A stretch of DNA of 60,751 bases from a virus (Duplodnaviria > Caudoviricetes), in the IMG/VR virus record IMGVR_UViG_3300047552_001108, positions 1 to 60,751 of that record; one strand, 5' to 3'. Shown one piece after another: positions 17,043 through 25,109 of the stretch (the first letter of the stretch is position 1; each line of letters starts with the position of its first letter). Position numbers and translations under genes: made by a program. The notes under the pieces were generated by a model. The model searched no databases. It was not told where the DNA came from and was given only the letters and a program-made list of their open reading frames with translations.

Positions 17043-17393
17043 TTACATCCGGTCCGCCCTCCGATCCATCAGTTTCGGCAAATCGAACACAGAGGCCACG
17101 CGGCCCCTGCGCTTGGCTCGCCACCTCCGGCATTTCTCTCCGGCTGACATGCTTGGCGGCCGTGGTGCATCCGCTCGGTTGCCCAAGGCGTAGATGGCAG
17201 ACAAGTTCATGCGACTGGCGCAGGACTCGTGTTGCCAGCCGCAGCGGTAAACCGTCCCAGGTTTCTCGTGGCGAATCCAGCCTATTGCGCCTTGCACCAG
17301 ACGCAGCCGCACTCCAGTCACCTGGGCGATCTCCCGTGCCGACAACTGGCCGTGCTGCTCTAGCGCCTGCAAGATCAACGCTGCGTTGCTCAT
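17043..17393 (-). CDS. Winged-helix-like protein, paralogue of 9778-10125
   Basis: IL.AL...G.LSAREIA..TG......V and YALG...DAPRP. Confidence 0.65.
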   Translation of the reverse strand: MSNAALILQALEQHGQLSAREIAQVTGVRLRLVQGAIGWIRHEKPGTVYRCGWQHESCASRMNLSAIYALGNRADAPRPPSMSAGEKCRRWRAKRRGRVASVFDLPKLMDRRADRM

Positions 17394-17575
17394 GCCTTGC
17401 TCCGCAGGGCCGGGTTCTGTCTACCGACCCCGACCGGCCTCGTCCACTTACTGTCTGCCACCATCACCGCCTCGCACTCCCTGCGGAGTCGTCGCCACGC
17501 TCCGCACTGGTAGCACCACTCGATGTACCCGCCGCAGATAAGCCAACTGCTGCGCTCGTGTCGATGCCGTGTCAT
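17390..17575 (-). CDS. Small Cys/His hypothetical protein
   Basis: WCYQCGA motif; ATGA overlaps. Confidence 0.55.
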   Translation of the reverse strand: MTRHRHERSSWLICGGYIEWCYQCGAWRRLRRECEAVMVADSKWTRPVGVGRQNPALRSKA

Positions 17576-17751
17576 TTCTGTTCTCCCTGGCCATGAATCC
17601 ACTTGGCCGGTGAGTACGCCGCGCCGGACAAGAAGGCGGCGAAAACAAACCACCATTCGCTGTGACCAAGAACGAAAACTGCGTAGCCCGTGCCCCCGAG
17701 CACCAGAGACTGGTACAAGATGATGTAGACGAGATAGGTCACGTACCGCAT
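17572..17751 (-). CDS. Small two-TM membrane protein
   Basis: Two hydrophobic segments; translationally coupled. Confidence 0.6.
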   Translation of the reverse strand: MRYVTYLVYIILYQSLVLGGTGYAVFVLGHSEWWFVFAAFLSGAAYSPAKWIHGQGEQK

Positions 17752-17969
17752 CACGCGCCTCCCTGGCCGGTGGCCACACGATGCGCAGCCCTGGTCATTC
17801 CGCGCCACCGCCACACCTCCATTGGCACGGGGACCAAAAACCCGATGCCGTCCCACTCCAGCATCCACAGGGTCAAGCGGCGCATGCCGGCCAGCCTGAC
17901 CGCGCACTCGTAGGTGCCGGGGCGAACCGGGTGGGTATGGCGAGGAAACCATATCGTGCGGCCCTTCAT
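17751..17969 (-). CDS. Hypothetical protein
   Basis: WFP....PVRPG.YE, W.G..F and WRG motifs; GGAGG RBS. Confidence 0.65.
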   Translation of the reverse strand: MKGRTIWFPRHTHPVRPGTYECAVRLAGMRRLTLWMLEWDGIGFLVPVPMEVWRWRGMTRAAHRVATGQGGA

Positions 17970-18193
17970 GCTGCACCCTCCGCTGCTATGCTTTTGGTCA
18001 GCGAGCGGGCCAACTCCGGGTGCACGAAAAGCGTGCTTCCTACCTGAAAGCATCCTGGCCGGTCGATCTCGACGCGCAACACGCGCCAGTTCCGGCGCTT
18101 CTTGTCTCTAGTCGCCCAGGTTGCAACCTTGAACTCGGTGCGGCGCTCGCGGGCCAAGTCGCTTTCGACGACCTTCAGTCCGAACAGACTCAT
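17966..18193 (-). CDS. Hypothetical protein
   Basis: Coupled ORF with GGAGG RBS. Confidence 0.6.
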   Translation of the reverse strand: MSLFGLKVVESDLARERRTEFKVATWATRDKKRRNWRVLRVEIDRPGCFQVGSTLFVHPELARSLTKSIAAEGAA

Positions 18194-18609
18194 ACCTTGC
18201 CCTCCTGGCCGGTGGCCTTGGCGATGACGGCGCGGGCTTTCCCACCCTCCAGTGATTCGTAATCGCCGAGCCCCGTTTCTACGTACCCCAGCAAGTCTTT
18301 TAGCGCCTCCAACAACTCAGGCGCGGCCTCAATCAGCCGCATATCCGGGTGGTTCACCCCGGTACACCAGCGCGATTGATGCTCGCGGCCAGGAAACGGC
18401 GCGATCCAATCCCGGCGCTCGTGCAGCTTGTGCAGCAGGTTCATGCCATCGTGCGCGGTGTCCCGAACAAAGAGCGTTGCGCTCCCCATGCCCCAGCGGA
18501 TAGGCTCAATGATCGTCAGGTCGAACTGCGGCTTTCCGCCGACGAGTTGCAGGCTCTTGGATGACTCGTTCAGTTCCCAGCGCCAAGGCCCCGGCGTGTA
18601 CGCGCTCAT
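18190..18609 (-). CDS. Hypothetical protein of the TPGPW...RLI.AAPELLEAL family
   Basis: YTPGPW N-terminus and DMRLIEAAPELLEALK. Confidence 0.7.
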   Translation of the reverse strand: MSAYTPGPWRWELNESSKSLQLVGGKPQFDLTIIEPIRWGMGSATLFVRDTAHDGMNLLHKLHERRDWIAPFPGREHQSRWCTGVNHPDMRLIEAAPELLEALKDLLGYVETGLGDYESLEGGKARAVIAKATGQEGKV

Positions 18610-18875
18610 ACCTTGCCCTCCTGCCCGGTGGCCTTGGCGATGACGGCGCGGGCTTTGTCTGCTGCGTCGGTGCCGTATGCCGGGTCTTCTTCCCAAACCG
18701 CCAGCATTGCTTTCAACGCCTCCAAAAGCTCAGGCGCGGCTGCTATCAGGCGGGCGTTGGCGTCTGATGGGTCTTCTACAAAATCACAGACGAAAGCGGT
18801 CTTGCTGATGATCGCTCCGCACACATTTCCGCTGCCTTTCTCAAACTCCCAAGACCCCTGTGTGTGCTCATTCAT
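18606..18875 (-). CDS. Hypothetical protein, paralogue of 18190-18609
   Basis: HTQGSW N-terminus and ANARLIAAAPELLEALK. Confidence 0.7.
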   Translation of the reverse strand: MNEHTQGSWEFEKGSGNVCGAIISKTAFVCDFVEDPSDANARLIAAAPELLEALKAMLAVWEEDPAYGTDAADKARAVIAKATGQEGKV

Positions 18876-19393
18876 ACCTTGCCCTCCTGCTTTACCCGGT
18901 AGGCCGCGATGACGGCGCGGGCGTAGAAAATGTTGTAGACCCCGCGCAAACTCCGGTAGGTATCTACTGCGTGTTCAAAGATGTGCTCCCGCATTGCATC
19001 TTTCGCCTGTACGGATGCCGCAAAGACCTCCTCATCCGTCAACTCCACGGGCTGCGGAGCCGGGTGGTTGTAGAGCCGATCCCCGACCTTGACCCGATGC
19101 TCATGTTTCAAATCAATGAGGCAGCCGAGTGCAGGCTTGCCGCCGTGACTACCCATGACTTTCACCGTGGCCACCGGCTCCTGCTCAGGCTCCTGGCGCT
19201 GCTCCAGTACGGCGCGGAGGGCGGCGATGACTTCCCGGTAGTCATCAAACGCCTCAACCGCAGCTTCGTCCTCTGCGGGTATCGCACCGGTCACCGGGCA
19301 CTGGTGGGACTGCAGCAGCGCATCGCAATCGTGCTGCAGCGTGGACAACGCCTGCTCAACCACCTTCCGTGGCAGGGTCAAAAATTCATTCAC
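18872..19393 (-). CDS. Hypothetical protein
   Basis: QEPVA...LY..P.P....LTDEE, a mosaic phage motif. Confidence 0.65.
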   Translation of the reverse strand: MNEFLTLPRKVVEQALSTLQHDCDALLQSHQCPVTGAIPAEDEAAVEAFDDYREVIAALRAVLEQRQEPEQEPVATVKVMGSHGGKPALGCLIDLKHEHRVKVGDRLYNHPAPQPVELTDEEVFAASVQAKDAMREHIFEHAVDTYRSLRGVYNIFYARAVIAAYRVKQEGKV

Positions 19394-19701
19394 AAAATCT
19401 CCTTGTAGGCCTTCCTGGCCTTGATCGCTGACACCATGGGTTGTGTCGTGTCGTAGTCCTTGGCAATCGTGGTGTGCGGGCGTGGGTCGCTTCGAATGGC
19501 GCGAATCTGCTCCGGCCGTAGTGCTCCGCGTTGTCCACGCTGCCTGTTCACCCGGCGGTCAACGAACTCGCCATCGCCCAAATCGACGGTGGACCACCGA
19601 TGTTCGTTTCCGCACCTGTATCGCCTGATCCTGGCGCCACTTGCCCTGGTCCGCGTGTCTTTGAGTTCGCACCAAACACCGCAGGTAGGGCAAGCATTCA
19701 T
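19390..19701 (-). CDS. Zinc-ribbon plus HTH protein (putative regulator)
   Basis: CPTCG.....DTR......RRYRC...H.WST, then L..EQIRAIR......IA..Y...Q..VS.IK.RK.Y. Confidence 0.6.
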   Translation of the reverse strand: MNACPTCGVWCELKDTRTRASGARIRRYRCGNEHRWSTVDLGDGEFVDRRVNRQRGQRGALRPEQIRAIRSDPRPHTTIAKDYDTTQPMVSAIKARKAYKEIL

Positions 19702-19707
19702 GGCTGA

Positions 19708-20064
19708 TCAGAGGTTTGCGTGGTTGGGAAAGAGTTCGTCGTCGTAGCGGCGGCGGCGAGGCGCCTGCATCCCGTACATCACGCTCCAGACGCGGCTGTA
19801 TGCGTTGTGCAGTTCGTTGTCGGCGACCGAGTCCTTGAAATTGTCGTAGGCCATCTCCATGGCCTGCTTGGTGAGGGCTTTGGCAACCTGCTCCCGTGAA
19901 ACCACAGCGCGGTAGCGGTAGTCGGTGGTGTGCGACTCACGAACCTTGGCGCGAGGGAACACGCGCTCGATGTCTCCTTGGCGCCGCGCCCGAACCAGCA
20001 ACTGGTTTGGGCGGCAGTCCTTGTGAACGATGGACAGGAAGCTGTCCGAAAGGAAAATCCACAT
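19708..20064 (-). CDS. Conserved phage hypothetical protein
   Basis: MWIF....FLSIV, LLVRAR, DY.YRA and Y.NFK.SV motifs. Confidence 0.75.
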   Translation of the reverse strand: MWIFLSDSFLSIVHKDCRPNQLLVRARRQGDIERVFPRAKVRESHTTDYRYRAVVSREQVAKALTKQAMEMAYDNFKDSVADNELHNAYSRVWSVMYGMQAPRRRRYDDELFPNHANL

Positions 20065-20065
20065 C

Positions 20066-20344
20066 TCACTTCTCCTTGCTTACGTCGACCAGCGGGCCGA
20101 ACTCTTCTTCATGTTTGCGCCGCACGTCCTCTGGCACCGGGCCGATCACATGCTGCTTTTCCGCTGCCCAGACCAGACGCGCACCTGGGAACTGCTTTCG
20201 CATTTCGTCGGCAAACGCTGTCATCTCTGGGAAGCTCTCGCGGACCTTCTTGCGCAGCGCCTCTCGGCGCCGCTCCTTCTCTTCCTCGGCGCGACGACGC
20301 TCGTCGTGAGCATCGTCGAACACCGGCTTGGGGTACTGCTTCAA
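20066..20344 (-). CDS. Hypothetical charged protein
   Basis: Probable TTG start overlapping the DUF932 stop; fills the operon gap. Confidence 0.5.
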   Translation of the reverse strand: MKQYPKPVFDDAHDERRRAEEEKERRREALRKKVRESFPEMTAFADEMRKQFPGARLVWAAEKQHVIGPVPEDVRRKHEEEFGPLVDVSKEK

Positions 20345-21501
20345 GCCTTCACCTTGTCGAGCATCCGGCCGGCGATCTGCTCCATGGCGATCCGGGCCTC
20401 TTGGTATTCCTCGGCCCGCGCCGCTGCTGTGATGCCCTGCGCGAAGTCCCACACCGAGGTGGGCAGGTGGCCTTCTTCCGCCTCGACCGTGGTGATGATC
20501 CGCTTGGCTGCCCGTTCGCTGAAACCGTAGCGGCTCAGGAAGTCCAGGCGATCCTCGTCGTTCTTGGCGACGATGGCGCCCTTGGCTGCCTGCACCCCCG
20601 CGATCAGCTTGGTCGTGCCGGCGTCGGAGAACAGTTCGAGGGCCGGGATCGCCTGTTCGATGAAGCGGTCGGGTGCCGATGCCGTGTGCTTGAAGGTCAA
20701 CTCGCTGAAGCCCTCCACCCCCCAAAGATTCCGGTTCTGGCAGACGCCGCGCAGGTACATCGACGCGAATCCGAAGGTCTTGCTGCCGACCTCGCTGTTC
20801 CAAACGTAGAAGCCCCGGAACATCAGGTCCGGGCTGCCGTCGTCCAACTTGCCCACCTCAATGGGGTTGCGGTCGTCGACCAAGAAAAGGAACACGTCGC
20901 GGTCGCTCGCGTACAGGGTGGTGTTCTGTTTGGTGATGTCGACGTTCGGGTTGTAGGTCACCCCGAACTCGCTGCGCCAGTCGATGCACCCGGGCACCTT
21001 CCACCGCGTGTCGCCTGTGCCGTTTCCGGCGATCCTGCGCACCGCCTCCACCACATCGCGGTCGAGGATGCGGCCGTACCGGGTGCTGGTGATGCCGCGA
21101 AGCGTGGTGGTGCCGTTCTGCCGGATGTAGGCGCTGACCTCCTTGGGGTCGGCGGTCTTGAGGCCGTAGTTCAGGTTCACCGCTGCCAGGGGCGCCGGCA
21201 GGCTGCGCATGTAGTTCGAGGGGGCGCTTGCTGCGCGGCAGATCGTGTCGAAGGACCAATGCGTCGGCACCACCTCCGCGCCAGCCACCTGCAGCCGCAG
21301 CGTGTCGTGGTCTTCGCCGTCGTAGAGCACCTCGATATCGGCCGGCAGGACGTTAACCGCGCTGCTTTCGTCGGCCCAGGTGGTGACCTGCTCGTGCAGG
21401 GCCGAGAGGCTGGTGAACTTCTGGTCGTCCGGGCGTGAGGCCCATTGGGCGCTGACCGTGCCGATGCACTGGCCCTTGGAAACGTCGATCTTGTGGGTCA
21501 T
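20341..21501 (-). CDS. DUF932 family protein
   Basis: QW.SRPDD.KF.SL, PTHWSF, LR..TS..YGRI.D, LYASDRDVF.FLVD, RGFYVWNSEVG and VCQNRNLWG; AAGGAG RBS. Confidence 0.8.
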   Translation of the reverse strand: MTHKIDVSKGQCIGTVSAQWASRPDDQKFTSLSALHEQVTTWADESSAVNVLPADIEVLYDGEDHDTLRLQVAGAEVVPTHWSFDTICRAASAPSNYMRSLPAPLAAVNLNYGLKTADPKEVSAYIRQNGTTTLRGITSTRYGRILDRDVVEAVRRIAGNGTGDTRWKVPGCIDWRSEFGVTYNPNVDITKQNTTLYASDRDVFLFLVDDRNPIEVGKLDDGSPDLMFRGFYVWNSEVGSKTFGFASMYLRGVCQNRNLWGVEGFSELTFKHTASAPDRFIEQAIPALELFSDAGTTKLIAGVQAAKGAIVAKNDEDRLDFLSRYGFSERAAKRIITTVEAEEGHLPTSVWDFAQGITAAARAEEYQEARIAMEQIAGRMLDKVKA

Positions 21502-21559
21502 GGCTGCTTCTCCTTGCTTGGTGCCCCTGGGCGCCGGGGCTGCGTCTTTCGATGGCTCA

Positions 21560-21588
21560 AGTATTGTCACAGTCGTGATACTTTGCAA
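21560..21588 (-). promoter_or_regulatory. Leftward early promoter with operator at 21565-21580
   Basis: TTGCAA-17 bp-AATACT; TGTCAC-AGTC-GTGATA. Confidence 0.7.
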
Positions 21589-21640
21589 GCGGTTTCTACG
21601 TTTCAGACGGAAAAAATCGCATCACGGTGACACTTGGGCC

Positions 21641-21776
21641 TTGTGCGGGGCCTGCCAGCGCGGGACAATCACATCAGCGTGATGACTCCTTCCCGGGGGC
21701 CGCAACGACTGCTTCTCCTCCCTCGCTTCCGGGTTCGTTGCGCTGCGGCGGTCTCACGGCCGCCGCCTTCTTTTCT
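21641..21776 (+). promoter_or_regulatory. Rightward promoter followed by a leader terminator before the ParB-methylase gene
   Basis: TTGTGC-17 bp-GACAAT; hairpin GCGGCGGT-ctcacg-GCCGCCGC-CTTCTTTTCT at 21745-21776. Confidence 0.5.
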
Positions 21777-21790
21777 CCGCACCGCACCAC

Positions 21791-23119
21791 ATGAGCAAGC
21801 TGCAGATCGAGTACCGCGAAACCGCCAGTCTCATTCCTTACGCGAGGAACAGCCGAACGCACTCCGACCAACAGGTCGCGCAGATCGCGGCCAGCATCAA
21901 GGAGTTCGGGTTCACCAACCCGATCCTGCTCGGCGACGACGGGGTTCTCATCGCCGGCCACGGCCGTCTGCAGGCCGCGCAGAAGCTTTCGATGGAGCAG
22001 GTGCCCACCATCACCCTGGTTGGCCTGACTGAAGCGCAGCGCCGCGCCCTGGTGATCGCCGACAATCGCATCGCGGAAAACAGCGGGTGGGATTTGGACA
22101 TGCTGCGCGTCGAGTTGGGCGACCTTCAGGTGGCCGAGTTCGACATGTCGCTCCTGGGGTTCGGCGCCGACGAACTGCAGAACCTCTTGGCCCCGACGGG
22201 CATCGAGGGCAACACCGACCCCGACGAGGCCCCGGCCGTGCCGGACCAGCCCGTCTCAGTGCTCGGCGATGTGTGGGTTCTTGGCAAGCACCGGGTGATG
22301 TGCGGTGACAGTCTGTCTGTGGACGCTGTCACGACGCTGATGGGGGGCGCCCTGGCCGACGTTCTCATCACCGACCCGCCGTACAACGTCGCCTACGAGG
22401 GCAAGACGAAGGACGCGCTGAAGATCCAGAATGACTCGATGGACGACGAGTCCTTCCGCCAGTTCTTGCGCGATGCGTTCGTGGCCGCCGACACGGTGAT
22501 GAAGCCGGGGGCGGTGTTCTACATCTGGCACGCCGACAGCGAAGGCTACAACTTCCGTGGCGCCTGCCGCGACGCCGGCTGGAAGGTCCGCCAGTGTCTC
22601 GTGTGGGAGAAGGATTCGATGGTGATGGGCCGCCAGGACTATCACTGGAAGCACGAGCCTTGCCTGTACGGGTGGAAGGACGGCGCCGGCCACCTGTGGG
22701 CCGCTGACCGCAAGCAGACCACGCTTCTGAAGTTCGACCGGCCGAAGCGGAACGACGTCCACCCCACGATGAAGCCCGTGGCGCTCATCGAGTACCAACT
22801 GCTGAACAACACCAAGGGAGGCGACGTTGTCCTCGACCTGTTCGGCGGCTCGGGCACCACGCTGATCGCGGCCGAGAAGAACGGGCGCTACGCCCGCCTG
22901 ATGGAACTGGACCCGAAGTACGTCGACGTCATCGTCACCCGGTGGCAGGCGTTTTCGGGCCTGCACGCGCACCTTGAGTCCGACGGGCGCACGTTCACCG
23001 AGGTCATGGGCGAACGCGCCCCGGGCAAACTGGTGGGCAACGAGGTGGGCAACGTCGACAAGGCCGACGCCAAAAAGGCGAAGAAGGCCAAGCCTGCGAA
23101 GGTCAGTTCAGCGGAATGA
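21791..23119 (+). CDS. ParB-like N-terminal domain fused to an N6A/N4C DNA methyltransferase
   Basis: L.PYARNSRTHS..Q...IAASI.EFGFTNPIL..IAGHGR, DPPY, HPTMKPV and DLFGGSGTTLIAA motifs. Confidence 0.93.
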   Translation: MSKLQIEYRETASLIPYARNSRTHSDQQVAQIAASIKEFGFTNPILLGDDGVLIAGHGRLQAAQKLSMEQVPTITLVGLTEAQRRALVIADNRIAENSGWDLDMLRVELGDLQVAEFDMSLLGFGADELQNLLAPTGIEGNTDPDEAPAVPDQPVSVLGDVWVLGKHRVMCGDSLSVDAVTTLMGGALADVLITDPPYNVAYEGKTKDALKIQNDSMDDESFRQFLRDAFVAADTVMKPGAVFYIWHADSEGYNFRGACRDAGWKVRQCLVWEKDSMVMGRQDYHWKHEPCLYGWKDGAGHLWAADRKQTTLLKFDRPKRNDVHPTMKPVALIEYQLLNNTKGGDVVLDLFGGSGTTLIAAEKNGRYARLMELDPKYVDVIVTRWQAFSGLHAHLESDGRTFTEVMGERAPGKLVGNEVGNVDKADAKKAKKAKPAKVSSAE

Positions 23120-23564
23120 CCTCGGGAGCGTTCGACTTCACCCGGTTCCTCAGTTTGACGATGCAGCGCTCGTAGATGGAGCGGGGCACAGATTGGCGCT
23201 GCAAATCATGGAACTCGTAAACTTCACGAAACGCCTGCAGTCCCGGGCCGGTGGTGCCCATCTTCCCTGTGCGCTCGAAGCGCTGCGTCGCCTCAAGCAA
23301 CGCCGCCTGGGCGATTTGGGTCGCCTCCAGGGCCTCCGGGCCGACGCCCGACCGAGCCATCGTTTCGCAGAGGTTGTTCATCGCATTGATGTCGTACCAG
23401 TCCTGCAGCGTCGCCACTCCGCTTCGAAACGCCTCGATGGCCGCCAGTTCCCGCATTCGCAACTTGTTCAGTTCGCTCTCGGGGAGCAGCGCGGCGCCCA
23501 TCAGTGCATGCGTCACCGGGTTGATCTCCGTCGTCCAGAACTTGCGACGTGTCCGCTTGCGCAT
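23103..23564 (-). CDS. Hypothetical protein
   Basis: Coherent 153-aa ORF ending the leftward island. Confidence 0.65.
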   Translation of the reverse strand: MRKRTRRKFWTTEINPVTHALMGAALLPESELNKLRMRELAAIEAFRSGVATLQDWYDINAMNNLCETMARSGVGPEALEATQIAQAALLEATQRFERTGKMGTTGPGLQAFREVYEFHDLQRQSVPRSIYERCIVKLRNRVKSNAPEVIPLN

Positions 23565-23566
23565 CG

Positions 23567-23821
23567 TCAGGCCCTCACGCGCTTGGGTTGGCCGGGTTCC
23601 GGTGCGGAAGGGGGCGAGTACGCCTCAACGTACAAGCCCGCGATGGTGTTGCCGTCAGGCCCCTTAACGACCGCCTCCAGGGCGTCGATCCGCACCACCG
23701 TGCCACCGCGCTTGCGCCAGTCCATCAGCAGCGCGTCAAGGTGCGCCTTTGCCTTCTCGACGGGCATGTGGCCCTTCAGCTTCTGCAGCCGGTCCTTGTC
23801 GTGAATCCAAACCGATGCCAT
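23567..23821 (-). CDS. Hypothetical protein
   Basis: Coupled ORF with GGAGG RBS. Confidence 0.55.
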   Translation of the reverse strand: MASVWIHDKDRLQKLKGHMPVEKAKAHLDALLMDWRKRGGTVVRIDALEAVVKGPDGNTIAGLYVEAYSPPSAPEPGQPKRVRA

Positions 23822-24069
23822 CACTTGCCTCCGATGTTGATCAGGCTGTCGCAAGCCGCGCTGAACAAGGCCTTGCCGCTTTCCAGGGTGTGCACCGTAT
23901 CACCGGGCGCCGCCGCGAACAGGTAGGTGGGTGCGCCGATGGTAAGGGCCAAAGCCATCTCCATCGGGGAGGCCCCCAACTCCTGGGCCTTGCTCTCGAT
24001 CACCGGGCGCAGCAGCATCCAGATCGCCTGCACCCGCTCGTGCATCGGGGAGTTCTCGTAGCCGCCCAT
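23821..24069 (-). CDS. Hypothetical protein
   Basis: Coupled ORF. Confidence 0.55.
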   Translation of the reverse strand: MGGYENSPMHERVQAIWMLLRPVIESKAQELGASPMEMALALTIGAPTYLFAAAPGDTVHTLESGKALFSAACDSLINIGGK

Positions 24070-24419
24070 CACGCAGCCCCCTTCAGGTTGTTCGCCAGGA
24101 TCTCGCGGTAGCGAGATAGCGCCCGAGCGTAGGTGTTCTTGCCGTTGATCGCGTACTCGCCCAGGCCAGCCGCATCGCGCTCCTGCCACAGCTTGTAGAG
24201 CGCCTCGGCGTGCCGGTTGTAGGTGTAGTTCACCGCGCTGGCGAACTGTAGAAGGGGAGGCTCCTTGCCGAGCGCGATCTCGCGCTCCACCACCGACAGC
24301 AACCCGCGCCGTGCAGGCTTGGCAGGCTGCGCCGACTGCTTCTTGGCGATGACCTTGTTCATCAGGGCTGCAAACCCAGGCGGCAGAACCGCCGCGCATG
24401 CCGTGTTCTTGAACTCCAT
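24069..24419 (-). CDS. Hypothetical protein
   Basis: GGAG RBS before ATG 24419. Confidence 0.6.
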   Translation of the reverse strand: MEFKNTACAAVLPPGFAALMNKVIAKKQSAQPAKPARRGLLSVVEREIALGKEPPLLQFASAVNYTYNRHAEALYKLWQERDAAGLGEYAINGKNTYARALSRYREILANNLKGAA

Positions 24420-24451
24420 GTGCTTCTCCGTAGGGTTGTGGGACGAATCGT

Positions 24452-24544
24452 TCAGACGCCTTGGGCGAAGAACCACGCGAGCATCAGTCCGAGGCCAATC
24501 GCGGTGGCTACATCGCCAAGGGTGGTTCTGCGGGGCTTTCTCAT
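24452..24544 (-). CDS. 30-aa single-TM peptide
   Basis: GGAG RBS; first ORF after the leftward promoter. Confidence 0.45.
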   Translation of the reverse strand: MRKPRRTTLGDVATAIGLGLMLAWFFAQGV

Positions 24545-24561
24545 CGGGGCTTCTCCGTTGG

Positions 24562-24629
24562 TGTTACGATGGTGACACTGTTGCTCCATTTCGGACGGAA
24601 AGCAAGCGAAATGTGTCACCGGAGTGATA
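24562..24629. promoter_or_regulatory. Divergent control region: two 16-bp operators and a leftward promoter
   Basis: TGTTAC-GATG-GTGACA (24562-24577) and TGTCAC-CGGA-GTGATA (24614-24629); minus strand TTGCTT-17 bp-AACAGT. Confidence 0.65.
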
Positions 24630-24632
24630 TTC

Positions 24633-25109
24633 ATGCCAAGTAAGCGAGAACCCAAAGTGGCCGGGGCGACCGTGTCCCCGCCGCCGGCCGTTCCCCCACG
24701 CATTAAAAGTCGACGGGCGAACGGCACCCAGGCGCCTCATGTGCCGACGGACCTTTCGCGCCGCACGGTGCAGCTGGGGATGTTCATCGGCTACACGCAC
24801 GAGCAGATCGCCCGCCTGATCGAGGTGGACGAAAAGACGCTGCGGGCGCACTACCCGGACGAGTTGGCGCGGGGTGCCGAGAAGATCGGGCAGGCGGTGG
24901 CCGGCAACCTTGTGAACATCGCTCTGCAGACGCAGGACCGGAAGGCGGCGCTGACGGCCGCGATCTTCATCTGCAAGACGCGCCTGCAGTGGCGTCAGGC
25001 TGATGCGTTCAGCGCGGAGGCAGAGGCCAAGATTAAGCGGGCAGAGGACGGCGAGGAAACCGTGACGGTCACGCTCAAGATCGGAGACCGCGAAACCACC
25101 GACGACTGA
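24633..25109 (+). CDS. terS: Terminase small subunit (putative)
   Basis: HTH (EQIA.LI.VD.KTLR.HY..EL..G) and TAAIF..KTR..W; directly upstream of TerL. Start codon uncertain. Confidence 0.75.
   Translation: MPSKREPKVAGATVSPPPAVPPRIKSRRANGTQAPHVPTDLSRRTVQLGMFIGYTHEQIARLIEVDEKTLRAHYPDELARGAEKIGQAVAGNLVNIALQTQDRKAALTAAIFICKTRLQWRQADAFSAEAEAKIKRAEDGEETVTVTLKIGDRETTDD

Larger units (their letters stand above)
18189..18922. repeat. Three direct repeats of about 50 bp at gene junctions
   Basis: 18189-18240 and 18605-18656 match at 51/52; 18872-18922 is a diverged copy. Each holds a gene end, RBS and ATGA. Confidence 0.9.

Noticed and set aside
18189-18922. CRISPR-like repeat-spacer array
   Set aside because: Repeats are about 50 bp and coding, separated by whole genes of unequal length; no cas genes.
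19930-21438. 502-aa plus-strand ORF, and similar long shadow ORFs (4566-5630, 26233-27741, 46958-48694, 59812-60717)
   Set aside because: Antisense to well-supported genes, no motifs, and expected from high-GC codon bias.
21791-23119. Plasmid-prophage partition system or restriction-modification system
   Set aside because: No ParA or cognate endonuclease; ParB-methylase fusions upstream of terminase are common, and the phage has integrase plus attP.
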